Assembly: GCA_965649765.1 (NCBI GenBank)
Contig: OZ287750.1
Location: 86,552,001 to 86,616,000 of the forward strand
Source: Bispira polyomma
Taxonomy: Eukaryota
Direction: 5' to 3'
Length of the DNA: 64,000 nt
Shown: positions 39,936-52,899 of the stretch, one piece after another
Position numbering within the stretch: position 1 is the stretch's first letter
How the letters are laid out: each line of letters opens with the position of its first letter
Made by a program: the position numbers and the translations under genes
The notes under the pieces: model-generated
Told to the model about the DNA's origin: nothing
The model's database searches: none
The model's input: only the letters and a program-made list of their open reading frames with translations

Positions 39936-41367
39936 AACCCACACACACACACACACATAACGGAAATCCAAAGTGTACATAATAATACAACATTGTCATA
40001 ATAAGTTTTCAGTATATCAAACTCAAGGCTCACATTCAATTTAGTATAAACCATATGTGTATTGTGAACAGTAGAGTGTGCTTTTATATATGGCCAGAAC
40101 AGGGATGGTAACGGGGTGGCTCCCGTCCCACTACAATTTTGTATAAATAAATCATTTATATTAAAGTTTGTTTGACTGTATAATGGCCAATAGAATATTT
40201 TTGTCTTCTTCCAGGATTTCTCTTTTGCTTATAATTTGCTTATCCACTGTAAACACTTAAATTTCAGATTTATTTATTTTTGTAAAGTAAAAAATAATTT
40301 GGTGTTATTTTCAATGGTTTCTTTATTTTCTGCTCTTGCGTTTATTAAAGAACCTGTTACTATATTGTGGTATAGAATTTCTAGCTCAGCTTTAATTTTT
40401 TCTTTTTCCCTAACATACCATGGATGGTATTTAATTGAATTTGTTTTCAACATCTTTTAATCATTTCAGTAAATCTGTTTCTTTGCTATTAATTTATCTT
40501 GCCCTATGTACAGAATATGATATTGTTAAGCCTCTGATATTTACTAAAGTCCAGACTTTGACTTTATACCAATCAGCTAGCAAGCTCCACCTACATTCTA
40601 AAGTTGTCACAAGACTACATATTCAGTACGAAGAAAGGATAAAAACTGGCAAACAATTGGTTGTTTGTTTAAACCAACAAAGCAAGACTTGGAAGATGTT
40701 CTCTGTAAATGTAGAGATCATTCTGTATAATATAAATCACACCACACACCACATCAAGGTTTGTTTTTTTCTAAAATAATGAGCTTAATTATCATCCTTT
40801 CTTATTCATTGATATGTACTTTGTGTAAATCCAACGAAGCAGAGGCAGAATAGAATATAATCATCGTATGCCACTAGTACCTGTCTAATTATCATTGTTT
40901 GTCATTATTGTTACCTGAAACTCCCTTATTTTCATATCAAAGGTAATGAGCCTAAATATCCCAATTATTTGGAGGACTAGTGACAAAATCCTAAATAATA
41001 GTGGAACTCCAAAACAGGATAGAATTATGTGTCGATTATATTTGGGGTTCGCAGCTTCTCTTTGGATCTTCCATGTATGTGTAATTTTTGGTATTAAAGG
41101 TCTTACTAGTCAGCCGTAATTGTAGCAAAAACAAGAAAATGAAAACAGACTACAACATAAAGGCTTAGCACATGTACAGACAAGCTGCTGAACAAATATA
41201 TCACTGCTGTTGCCTAGTTATAAATGCTACATAACTTAGGAATGATCTTTTACATTACATTAAACAATTACAGATTTTGTGAACTTGTGATTGGATTGAA
41301 TTATTATTTGAATTGAATTATTATTATTTGAATTTAATTATTATTATTTTTATTTCTTAAAAGTACA

Positions 41368-42396
41368 ATGGATAACACAAGTGCGCAATCAGTAAATAAT
41401 TTGGAGGATTCTTTGGATGCATTTCAAAATGAAAGTTTGCTTGCTCAAACTGTTTATACTTTTGTTGCTATCATCTTTGCTTTGTGGGTCTATTTTAGCA
41501 ATGGTTCACTCATCATCGTTCTACTCAGGAACAACATTACAACTGGAGCCAATGCAACCATAAGAATAATCCTAGCTGTTTGTGACATTATGCTCAGCAC
41601 CTGCTCAGGATGTCTAATTATACCCATCATGTTCAAGGACAGACTTTTTTCTTTAAAATATTGCTCTGTGAATACCTCTCTCACATATGCTATGTTCTAC
41701 ACATCATGTATGGTGATGGCTGTGTTAGCTACCGAACGATTTATATACATTGTATATCCTTTAAGATACCACAGGATAATGAAGCCCAAAGCCATTGCAG
41801 CAGGGCTGGGGATATATGGCACAGCCATCTTTGTCTACATTTTGATCGTTGGTGAAATATACGGCCGCAACTTAAACTTTGCCTTGTTATCATGTGTAGC
41901 AGCTGATGTCCAGGGTATTCAGCGTCTTGTTCAAGTACTCTTCTTCTTTGTTCCATCAGTAGTGATTATAATTTTTGTGATGGTTAAAATTAAGAGACTT
42001 CAATCGAGGCAAGTGTCGTCAGCAAACCAAAAAGTTGGACAAATTATTAAAAAATCAATGAAGCTTATTTCAGTCATATCGGGATCAATCTTTTTTACAT
42101 ATGTTCCTGCATTAGCACTGCGGATTGTCTTATTGTCTCGAAAAGGAGAAGCTACAGTGAATAGTTCGCCATGGTTAGTAATTACCTTAAGGTCAACATT
42201 TTTGGTTTGTGCATATGTGTCTTCAGCTCTAAATCCACTTCTTCAGATATATGTGCAGAAAGACATATATGTGGGTTTCTTGAAGCTCTTTGGCAGAAAT
42301 AGAGACTTTTCTTGGCAACAAGAAATCAAAGAATCATTTCAGCAAAACCAAAATAGGGTTTACCCCAACAATCAGACACAATTATCTACTGTTTAA
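41368..42396 (+). CDS. Intact single-exon class-A (rhodopsin-like) orphan GPCR, 342 aa
   Basis: Seven hydrophobic segments. TM1 SNGSL, TM2 LAVCD, TM3 Cys and ATERF..IVYPLRY, TM5 FFVP, TM6 FFTYVP, TM7 SALNPLL. N-terminal N-glycosylation sites. Uninterrupted ORF. Confidence 0.92.
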   Translation: MDNTSAQSVNNLEDSLDAFQNESLLAQTVYTFVAIIFALWVYFSNGSLIIVLLRNNITTGANATIRIILAVCDIMLSTCSGCLIIPIMFKDRLFSLKYCSVNTSLTYAMFYTSCMVMAVLATERFIYIVYPLRYHRIMKPKAIAAGLGIYGTAIFVYILIVGEIYGRNLNFALLSCVAADVQGIQRLVQVLFFFVPSVVIIIFVMVKIKRLQSRQVSSANQKVGQIIKKSMKLISVISGSIFFTYVPALALRIVLLSRKGEATVNSSPWLVITLRSTFLVCAYVSSALNPLLQIYVQKDIYVGFLKLFGRNRDFSWQQEIKESFQQNQNRVYPNNQTQLSTV

Positions 42397-43332
42397 AGCT
42401 TCACAGTGACTTACCACTTAAATCAGAAGACAGTGATTTGAAGAGAAGCAGGTGTTACTGCCACGTTATTCATACAAAAAACTATGTCATGCACTTGCCG
42501 TAGACAAAAAATCGATTTCCAGAAATGTGATACAAGACATTGCAAGTGACATAAAACTGGAAAAAAATCAACACCTAATACTGTTACATTAGTCTTGTTC
42601 TCTAATTTCTATACTTTTTTGAGTTATTTATGTGCAAAATACTTAGTTATATGTGATTAATTAGTAACATATTACACCCATAAAACATTTAAAATTTATA
42701 TCTGACTTTAAGTACCGTATTATGATTTGTTACCTTTTATTACTCTTTTCATTTTTGTATTAGTGATTAAATTGCCAAATTAATATCTAACCAATGGGGC
42801 TGAGTTGTCTTTATACTTAGGGGTTTTACAAACCAAAAAATACTAAACTAACTAAGGCTTTGATTTAAACTAACTAAGGGTTTGATATACTTACTTGCTT
42901 TCAAACCAAGGCTTATCTAAAACCAGACAAGTATTTTTAGCATAACAAGTATTTTAATTTACAGGCCCTAGATTTCTTACTGCTACTTTGATATTACTGT
43001 TGTAACTAAATTCAAAATCATGCTATGACAAAGGACTCTGTTACTGACCCATGTGAATCCGAGGACATGAGTTTACTTAAGATCTCTGCCCCACTAGCAG
43101 CAGTAACATTTACCATATTGGGATTGTGGTCCTCCAATGTTGTTTATGTGATCCAACATGTCAATACAAATGGACATTCATTATCAGCTACTGAAGACAG
43201 ACAACACAATCGATTAAAAACTAAACCTAAACTAAAAATGACAGAAGTGAAGGCAATTGGCACTGGAGGTTGAGAACCAATACCCAAATAGGTTAAAGGA
43301 GAGGAATTAGTGAATACTAAAATATTGTAGTG

Positions 43333-43610
43333 GTATGTGTACTCAGACCCATGGCAGTTTCTTTGTCATGTCAGGTAAAATGCTAATGTTGTTTTTGTAC
43401 AGCTTTATTTCTCCAGGTGAAAATTATTTTCAATCAAAAAATATTTTGCATCAATGAATAGTCTCAGTGGGCCATTTTATAATTTGACTGCACTGGCCCT
43501 CTTATTGTTTACGAGCTTTACTGAACAAAATATTTAAATACAGTTTTTTCACAAATTTTTACACTACCTGGCACAACAAAGGAACTGCCATGTGTCTGAG
43601 TACACGCATC
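43333..43610. mobile_element. MITE with ~45-bp imperfect TIRs, superfamily unassigned
   Basis: gtgtactcagacccatggcagtttctttgtcatgtcaggta pairs with tacctggcacaacaaaggaactgccatgtgtctgagtacac. Confidence 0.7.
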
Positions 43611-43851
43611 ATACAGATTCAGAGGACCTTTTTGGCCATTACAGTTTTATTTATTCAGGAATTCATTGTAGTGCATCAGAAAGACAGGAAGTGCCCATAG
43701 AACATAAAAGCAGTCAGTGCGCAATTAGTAGCCTACTTTATCTGGAAAAATAATGTATGTATGAATAGTTTGTAGTATGTACACAAAATAGAGCCCAGTA
43801 AGTTGGCAAATACCTTATTATTTGCTTTAAGATATACTTTTGTCAGTCTTT

Positions 43852-43998
43852 GTAATAGAAATAAAGTACTCAGGCTTGTACTTTATTGACAAATAAAGGA
43901 CAGCCTTCTGGCATAATGGACTCAGGCCCATCGCCCCTTCATTATTCTGCCATCAGTCCTTTATTCACCAATTACAGTGTCAACCTGTTATTTATTAA
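43852..43998. mobile_element. Short palindromic element, possibly a non-autonomous Crypton-like repeat
   Basis: Arm aataaaggac...ggcataatg pairs with cattat...gtcctttatt. AT-rich ends and no evident TSD. Confidence 0.5.
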
Positions 43999-44019
43999 TG
44001 GGTACTTATGGTGCATTGA

Positions 44020-44425
44020 AGTGCTGTTAAATACACTCAATGGATGAATCAATTGTATGCAAATAATTCTCAGATATATTCCATATACGAATTACTTGTA
44101 TTCTAGCTAAAATATATGTATTCTGTGGGTAAATTAATTGTATTTAAAGAAATGTTATTGTGGGTACATTAATTGTTGTTTTTTTATGTATGACATCGTT
44201 GTATTTTAATAAGTGTTAAGTATTTTCTACAGATGGATTAGTTATATTTAAATCAGTGTTACAATTGTATAATTTGGGAATCAATTGTATTGAATAACTG
44301 TTAAGTTTATTCTATGAAGGAATAAATTGTGTCGAAATCGATTCAAAATCTACTCTTTAGATAAATTAATTACACTCATTTCTGTGTTAAAATATCTTCT
44401 ATGGAGGAATTAGTTTCATTTAGAT
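44020..44425. repeat. ~43-bp satellite array
   Basis: Same unit as 2336-2625, and unit-by-unit similar to it just upstream of the SINE. Confidence 0.8.
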
Positions 44426-44833
44426 GTGGTGTCTGTGGCCTAGCGGTTAAAGTGTCAGACTATGAATTAGAAATATTTAGGGTCCCAGTTTGATCCTCGC
44501 TACTGGCCTGTTGATTGTATCTTTGCACAAGGTGTTTTACACGAAGTTGTCTATCTCTGCCACATGTATAAATGGGTACCAGGGCCAGTATTCACTAACA
44601 GGCTTAACCAAGTCTTAGGCTTAAATCACTGTACTTTTGTGCTAGATTTAAGCCTATGACTTAGCTAAGTCCTTCTGTGAATACTGGCCCTGGTCACTAA
44701 AAGGTGGTAGTCTTTGTACATCTGAGACTGAACAATCGGTTGACAAGTGAAAGAACCCAGACTGGATGTCAAAGTGCATTAAATAACAGTGATGCTCATA
44801 ATTATGCTATATCAAATGAATAATTATTATTAT
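44426..44833 (+). mobile_element. SINE family 1 copy interrupted by a palindromic MITE (44583-44689)
   Basis: A box tggcctagcgg. The MITE ggccagtattcac...gtgaatactggcc is flanked by CAG and CTG; the uninterrupted SINE at 39771-39790 reads aatgggtacCTGgccg. Confidence 0.85.
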
Positions 44834-47329
44834 TCAAATCAGGTTTAAATTTACTTTATTGATACAATATTTGTATACAAACTACTATTAAGTGTCAATG
44901 TAAATGATAAAAAAAAGAACAAATTATAAGGTCTGAGATACATCCAACTATCTTCCAATGCTACTCTGGACGAAAGAGTGGGGATGATTTTAAAAATTCA
45001 TGTAGTAGTGCCACTATATTTTTGCTGCAAATATGTCATTCGCAGAAAATTTTTTACTATACCTCGGATATTCTCTAAGTCAATACTACATAAATTTATG
45101 CATATTTTATCTCACAATATTGATGAGGATAATTTGTTTTCTTTTGTATTCTGCAATGTTCATAAAGATGACATAATAGGCTCATAGGACATATAAATGT
45201 AAAATTTCTAACCTAATTAGATGTACAAAAGAAATAACTTTAAAGTGAAATTGTGGTTCTTCTTGATCCACAGAATAGGTTGAATATTTCAGGTATATTT
45301 TTTTATTTATTTAAGTTGAATATAGAATTATTAATATGTAATCTATCTTTAAAACTAAAATTTTAAGCCTTCCAGTAAAATTATCATTCTATGTGCTCTT
45401 ATATCTATTAAAATGATTTAAGATAGATGTTTATTGATTTATTGTATTATAAAATTAAAATTTATACTTACAGTTACAAAAGGTTCAACCAATAAGGTCT
45501 TCCGGTCATATAAAAAATTCCTGTGAGGATTACAAACATATATATAGAAAATATAGTCCTGAAATGATTTTCAAGTAAAAGTCAATATTCCCGGTAAAAA
45601 ATGAAGGGTGCATGTTGCACAGTCAATAACTAATCAAGTGTAATTAATCATTTGTCAGTTCAACCAAATGACTATCAATCAAGTTGATAAATTAGAAAGC
45701 CCATGTCACGAAAAGTTTATAAATAAAAATTAAATAGGTTTATTAAAGATTGTCAAGCAATATATATTACTTCATATGAGTTAAAAGCTGACATATTTCA
45801 GCATTACTAAGATATATCTGATGAATTCAGCAAGAAATACCATATTACATTTAATGTTGAAAAGACAAAGGTAATAGTTTGTTATGATAATGATGATGTT
45901 AGTAGCATCTATATCTGTAATAGTAACATAAAAGTATCAACACATGAAAAACATCTTTGCATCCTGATTGGTACAGATGTTAATCGACTAAACATAAATG
46001 TAAAACTCAATGTACAAATTATGTTATTTGGATGGTAAATTATTTTTGTTCTATCTTTAAAGATGTTCATTTTAACCTGAAGTATCAGCTATTTAAATGT
46101 TTTGTATACCATTATATGGATGTGTTTAATAAGATTTAAATAGTTCTGATATGCATATATTCTAAAAAAAGTTAAAGGTATTGTGTAAAGAGATTATTAA
46201 AACTGAGTCAGTTATGTCACAGTAATTTATTACACTGGATTGATACTTTGAAAATAGTAAACTTTCAGTTATCTGACTGATTATAATTATTTTGAACATT
46301 GTTCTTGTTATTGAAGACATTGTAATTAGTAACAAACTAACATAGTGCATGGTGTCGTTATATTAAAACTACATTTAAACATAAAATGTGTTTCATCAAT
46401 CTGTAAGGAATTAAGCAGTGTTATACAAGTATTTAAAAAAAGCTTTTCAGGGATGATCCTTCCCAATGCTATATTGGGCCATATTTTGATCACTTGACCA
46501 AGTAATGAATCAGATTTTATTAAAATTACACAAATCCCTGATCATGTGATTTCTATATTTAGACATTTTCTTTGTAATTCCATAATTATGTGACCAGTAG
46601 TTCCTGTAGAATTCTAGAGAATGTGATTCCTAGGTAAATATGCATTTCACAGTTTAGTTTATAAAGAGGCATTTTAGGTAAGACCAAGATGCAATTTTGA
46701 TAGGGATGTAACAGTTTGTAAGGATAAACTAGAGGGACCATCAATAATGAATGTGTACTCTTTTACAAATTTGTGAATATTATTATTTTGTTGTTCTATA
46801 AAATATCTGAAAATTAGTTTCTAACTTTAATTTACTGTTGTCAGTATCATTAGTGTGTTTTCTATAGTTACCACTATACAATGGATACTGTTTATGCAGC
46901 AGTTGTAGATATAGCTAATATTGTGGACACCCCCAAACACAGACCTTGCACTGTTGTGTCAATAATAATATTATATTGAACCTAGATAAATCTATATCAC
47001 TATTAAAATAAAACTGTTTTGCCAGCAATTTATGATCATAGCTCATATTGTTAGGGTGACAATAATTGGTAATAATTGGACAGAAACATTATGAAGGGAT
47101 ATTTAAAAGATCCTAGAATTATCTAGTAAAAGCCATTTGATTTGCTCAATGAGTAGTGTATTATTACTCACTTAGACACACAATCTGCCATCAAGACAAG
47201 ACATATTTTCTGCTAATTACCCTTCCCTACAAGGAGACAGTCCGTTTTTTGTCAGAGATCATTTGCTAAATATGCTTATTTCCTCCTTATATCATCGAGC
47301 ACATTGTAAATGCCTTTCACAATTTTGTA

Positions 47330-47560
47330 CGCAGTGCTTTTGAAGACGTGGGAGATTTAAAAATTAACCTATTTACCACACAATGGTACTGCAGTGTTCG
47401 ACTATTCTATGTTTTTGAGGAATTTTGCTCCTATAAGGAAAACTTCTTCATCATTAAGTTTGGTTTTACAATGAATTTAGTTTTGCTGTGTCGTATCTGT
47501 TTCAATATCTGCCTGTGTTTACTTTTAATAATACTATGTTATGCTGTTTCACTTTCAAAG
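47330..47560 (+). pseudogene. Heavily deleted paralog of the 21455/29080 GPCR
   Basis: LFTTQWYCSVRLF matches FTTHWYYSVQLF. An internal deletion joins TM3 to the TM6 region. Confidence 0.65.
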
Positions 47561-49349
47561 TGCCACCACCGCGATTACCAGGCATCCTCTGTGACATACA
47601 TCCCAGTCAATATACAAAGGAATGGTTTGTGATCAGAATTCAGTTGTAGCCAGCAAACAAATGTTAAGGTGGAAAAGCAATTTCCTGATATTATTAGGTA
47701 GTTTTTACACATATTCATTGAACCAAATTCAGTGAATATGTGTGAGGGATAAAAGTGATATTCACATAACATCAATGTAAAAATATGCACATAAGATGGT
47801 TGAAGGATTATTTTAAAGAAATTCATTAATACCAGATACAAGTATAACTGTTCACTTTCACACATCTCATTTATGTTTAATGAGATCAAATTAATTTTTA
47901 TATCAAATTAATGTTACAATACGCACAAAAAAGGTTCATAGATTCTTTTAGTGAAATTAAATAATTTCAGATACAAGTATAACTGTTCAGTTTCACACAT
48001 CCGATTTATGGGTATAATTTTCGGATGAGGAATTATTTAAAAACTGTATTAATACGATTAATATTTTTCAATACTTTAAGTTACAACCTCATTGGCGTTT
48101 TCCATGATAACCTAGAAATTGTTCTCAAATATTTTTTTAATGTTTAAAATAACCTGATGTCTTCTTACTAAATGATAGCTTCCAATCAAGAAATTAGCAT
48201 AAAAAGATAAAACAAATTACTTATGCACAGTTAATTCTCTGTTTTATAAAGCTGATATGATTACATGGGGATGTACAGTTGATTACTTGAAATATCAATC
48301 AAAGTATTTGGAATGCGACAGGCTTACAGCTACAGCTGTACACATAATTGTAATGGCTTCTCGCCGAATATTCTTCTATTTTTTCTAAGGTGTTTTTTTA
48401 GTCAAAGAAACCATTCAATGTAAAAGGATAAATTTCAAAAGACTTATTTGTGGTAAGCTATAACAGCACTGTGCACGCTTATCTGCTATGAATTATGGGT
48501 TCAAAATTGAAGCCAACAAAAACCTTAAATAAAACCTCACATCTTACAAAATGATGAATACGGAAGTATTGAAAATAGAAGATTAAAAATAAAATGATGA
48601 AATATATTACCTTATATCTATGAACCAAGAGAAAGATGTTTCAGAGTTTCAGAGAACTAACAGATGCTCAAATTTAAAAGGTAATAATAAATATGAAAGC
48701 AAAATGTTGCGAATTAGAGGGCTTTTCAGGAAATATGCTAATGAATTCAAACCAGTAGGTAGACATATCTTTAATACCTCAATGGAAGTGAAAAAGGATT
48801 ATAGACCAGTGAGTTATCTCAAATATCCACAATTTCTAAAAAAGCAATTAAGAGACCATTTTGATGAAGATGTCCCACTAACAGAATATAACGTGCATAC
48901 AGGGCAAACCACCGAGAACAAAGATTTTTTTTGTATTTTGCACAATAGACATAAGTGCTGCATGGTAGATCATCGGGGTAGAGATGGAAAACCCGCCTGG
49001 GTATTACCTGCAAATTACCAAGGCCAAGATAGTGAAAAAAGATCCAAGATAGCAAAGATAATGAAATTAGATATCAACTAAGATAAAAGATAGTAAGGCT
49101 AAGAAATAAACACAATAATAACATTTCCACATTTATTTGGGCATATCTCAAATCTACCATATATTGTTAGTAGGGTTAAACACATAAATTACTAACGAAA
49201 TATGGGGAACAACTCCCAAACCCAAATATAGTGGTAGAATTAGAGGATTTGTTGAAAATTAAGAGCAAAACTTGAACATCTCCTTCAAAGCTCTGACAGG
49301 ACAAATGTCTAACTGGGAGAGTAAAGGAAGTTGAATAATCTGAAAATCA

Positions 49350-49925
49350 TTATATTTTTGAAGAGTTTTTTGACCACTTAAGGGTGACTTGACATCCAGG
49401 AGGCTTAAACACTATGTCAGCCCTGGTGAGGGCACGTGGGTTGGCCACATCCTTATAGCTAGAAGGTAACAAGTTGGATATCCTAAGAAACCCAAAAAAT
49501 GATGTAAGAAAAAGGGCCTTATAAACACAACCATCCCTTATGGCCTGACACTTAAGAGTTAGAGCTCTGAGCATCGGGATAGCTATTACACCCTTGACCC
49601 TGGGGGCATAAGTAGAATTAATAGAAATTGATTTCAAAAGCATTCGAACCTTAAAATGAGCAAAGGGGGCCTGGTCTAAGCCAAAGGTTTGGAAGTGAAA
49701 CTTTAGACTGGACAAATAGTTTACAATGGTGGGGTGGGCTAAGCCCGATATACACAAAAACTCAATGAACACCAACACATAGCTGAGGGCAGTATAGTCA
49801 GGTATATTCCAGAAAACAGCCACAGCCAGAAAGGTGCGAAACTGGGTGCAATATGATGTACGAGTCCGGGGTCTAAGAGCCAGAGGAATTCTCTGTTGAG
49901 CTTGCTTCAGTAACTTGGAAGCCAT
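49350..49925 (-). pseudogene. Tyrosine recombinase of the DIRS/Ngaro element, truncated before HxxR and the catalytic Tyr
   Basis: Core-binding helices (TIVNYLSSLK), first catalytic Arg (GFLRISN) and LKWSK, then unrelated sequence. Confidence 0.85.
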
Positions 49926-49937
49926 GGGGAACCTGGT

Positions 49938-51956
49938 TCAAATACAAAAATTAGGTGTAAAACTACTGTGGCTAATTGGCCACCAGGTACAGCCCTCAAG
50001 TTCTGCCCTAATGTCAGGTTTTATGGCACCCCTAAACCAACGGGATAAAGTATCTGCCTTGTCATTAGCCAACCTTGGAATGTGAACTGTCTTCATCTTA
50101 ATATCCCTACTTGCCAGCAGCCACCAAATGGACCTGGCATAAGTCATAAGGGTTTCATCCTTAGTACGCCCATAAGTGAGTACCTGCACGGCCGCCCAGT
50201 TATCACATTCGACCTTGACAAATTTACCTGCCCAGAGATGGCCCCAAGTATGTAACATGACCAAGACATTTACCATTTCAAAATGGACAATAGTGCACGC
50301 AAGCTGGAGTTCCTGAGGAATAGTAGCCACATAGACGTTAGAATCCCATATAGCCCCCACGCCTGTAAAGCACGCGTCCAAACTGACCACCACGTCAGGC
50401 ACGTTCATTTTGTGAATAAGTACAACGCCATTAAAGGTACCAAGAAAGGTAACAAACCACCTGACATCCCTATGAAAGCCATCATCCAAATCAACGACCT
50501 TGCCAATAGCAGCCCTGAGGGTGGCCAGCATCCTGTTAACAAACAGGCGTGCTGGAACCACACACTTATGGATGTAGAGCAAACGTCCCAGCAGCGACTG
50601 CAGTTGTCGCTTGCTGGCACGCTGCCTACCTACCCAGCTATTACAGCAAGTTCTGATTTCTGCCATTTTCTCTGGGGGAATCTCAATTTTTCCTTTGTGC
50701 GCTTTGACCACAATACCCATACATGTGAGAGTGTGGTTTGGAGGTTCAAGCTTTTTGACATTAATGGGAAAACTCATAGAGTCCAATAAAGTCACAAGAG
50801 AAGTAAAGGCATCATCAGCAACCCCAGGCGGCGATATCCCAATCACGTAGTCTATGTAACCCTTGACAATGACGCCTTGTGACGCCATGACGTCACGGAC
50901 GAGGTCAACTAATCATTGCATATGCGCCGAGCCGTGTTTGTACCCAATAGCAGTACTGCTATCGACATAATAGCGACCTTTCCAATGCAACCCAGTGACG
51001 TCATAGTTTCTGGGGTCCGTTTTTAAGTTACGAAAGGCCTGACTTACGTCCGCCTTGAACAATAACGCAGAGGGGCCAATGGTGGCAATTTCTTGTATAA
51101 TGTCATTGACATTAGGATATGTGAGTTGGAAACTCAAAGAATCGTAAGTCCTATCGAGGACATTGCTGTTAACTGAGGACCCATAGGGGTGAGATAAATT
51201 AACTATAACTCGTCGGCTCGATCCCGGTTTGGGTCGGGAGAGGAGGGGGGACAAATGTAATGGGTTAATTGGGGCCTCCGAAAAAGGCCCAGCTAACGCC
51301 TTGTACCCAAGTTCAGTGTCAATATAAATCTGAACATCCTCTGGAAACTGCGTTGCAGTTGCGTGGTTAGTAACCGTTAAATTGTGCTCGAAAGTACTGT
51401 AGTCTACACACATGGGAAATCTGAATAAGACATACTCAAACAAGACAGGGTCCTTGTAATGCTTAAGTAAATTACACATTAGTGCAATGTTAAAGGTAGA
51501 GGGAACCTTGATTCGTGCATCTTGAAAATTACTGCACCCAGTACCCTTTACAATTGTGTGAGCTTGGATAACCCAGTCATTAAATTGAGGAATATCTAAT
51601 TCTCTATACCCAGTGGACAAACAGTACTCAGTACTGGCAAAATTCCTGAATCCAAAATCCCTACCGGCCAGAGGAGGCCCCTGGTTAGCAGAATATATCT
51701 GCATTACAATAGGTTTCTTAAAATCAGAGCTACCATATTTGGCACTGAGAACTTGAATTACTTCAGTATTTACTGGAGAAGATTTAATACCAACTTCACT
51801 GCCAACAGAACCCACCTGGCCACTGTATAAGTCATACCCGTATTGCTCCTTACCAGTTACAGTTAAGGTTAAAGGGTCAAAGTTGGAGGTCACTTCACTA
51901 TGTATTATGTCTTTTTGGTCAAATTCGAGTTCACCAAGGTCATAAGTTCCATCCAT
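49938..51956 (-). pseudogene. Reverse transcriptase / RNase H of the DIRS/Ngaro element
   Basis: Two in-frame ORFs separated by one TGA at 50913-50915. The catalytic YxDD is mutated to YIDY. Confidence 0.88.
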
Positions 51957-52899
51957 AACTGAATCACTGGCTTCACATTCCCATCACATGCCATCCATGC
52001 ATTCACATAATTCCCTAAAGGAATGGTTAGTATGAACAACATTAACTGCTTTATTTTCACATTGACTGACAGTGTTACTATATACCGAAGCACTTGTGTT
52101 AAGACAACTAGTAGCTTTATTTTTACTAATGTCGACCATATTGCTATCTATAGTGCAAGTCCCACCATCAGACTGTAAACACTATGTTATATCAGCAGTA
52201 CCATCGCCAGGCACGAGTGCATTATGATTAACTTGATTGCTTTCTACCTTGGTGAAAACATTATGACCCAGGGGGACGTTATGACTATTATCACAACCGT
52301 CCATGTCTATATCAGTAAAACCATTATGATCATGACCCAAAAGGACGTTATGATCACCATCTGTTACAGCAGAATTACTATAACTAGGGAGGACATACTG
52401 GCCGCTGCTATTTTTGTTCTCTGCCACACTTTAATTAATAACAATATTCCTACACCCAGTGCTAATCACAGGCTTGGAAGCACATACACATTCACTACTA
52501 ACAATACTATTTACAACATCATTATCACTACTACTTTCCAAAGTAACAGAATTATCAGTAAAAACACTGACTTTTAAGCCGTGATTGGCACAATTATAGC
52601 TGCAACTCTTGACATTGACTTTATAACCGTCTTTGACACAACTACAACTACAAATATTACCACTAACTGGCGAGCAGTCAGAATAACTGAAACTACTGTC
52701 CACAACATTACTTGACACTACTTTTCCAGAATCTACACTTGTATGACCAATTGTATTTACTGTATCATTACTACTTTTATCACACGTCAATTTACTGCTA
52801 AAATGAGCAGTATTACTCAGAAAATTGTCAAAATTACATGAATGTTTGCTGTTTTTATTATTCACCTGTACAGTGGACTTATGAGTGAATTTATTACTA

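Noticed and set aside
48620-49081. Novel 153-aa protein
   Set aside because: A chance ORF spanning a decayed L2 RT fragment (KDYRPVSYL) and the hAT left end.
50283-50789. Antisense ORFs over retroelement genes (also 1420-1872, 20023-20445 and 53717-54030)
   Set aside because: Shadow frames of RT or gag coding sequence with no recognisable motifs.
49350-51956. Bacterial retron, DGR or phage integrase system
   Set aside because: The gag, RT/RNase H, YR order and motifs match eukaryotic DIRS-order retrotransposons, and no prokaryotic gene organisation is present.
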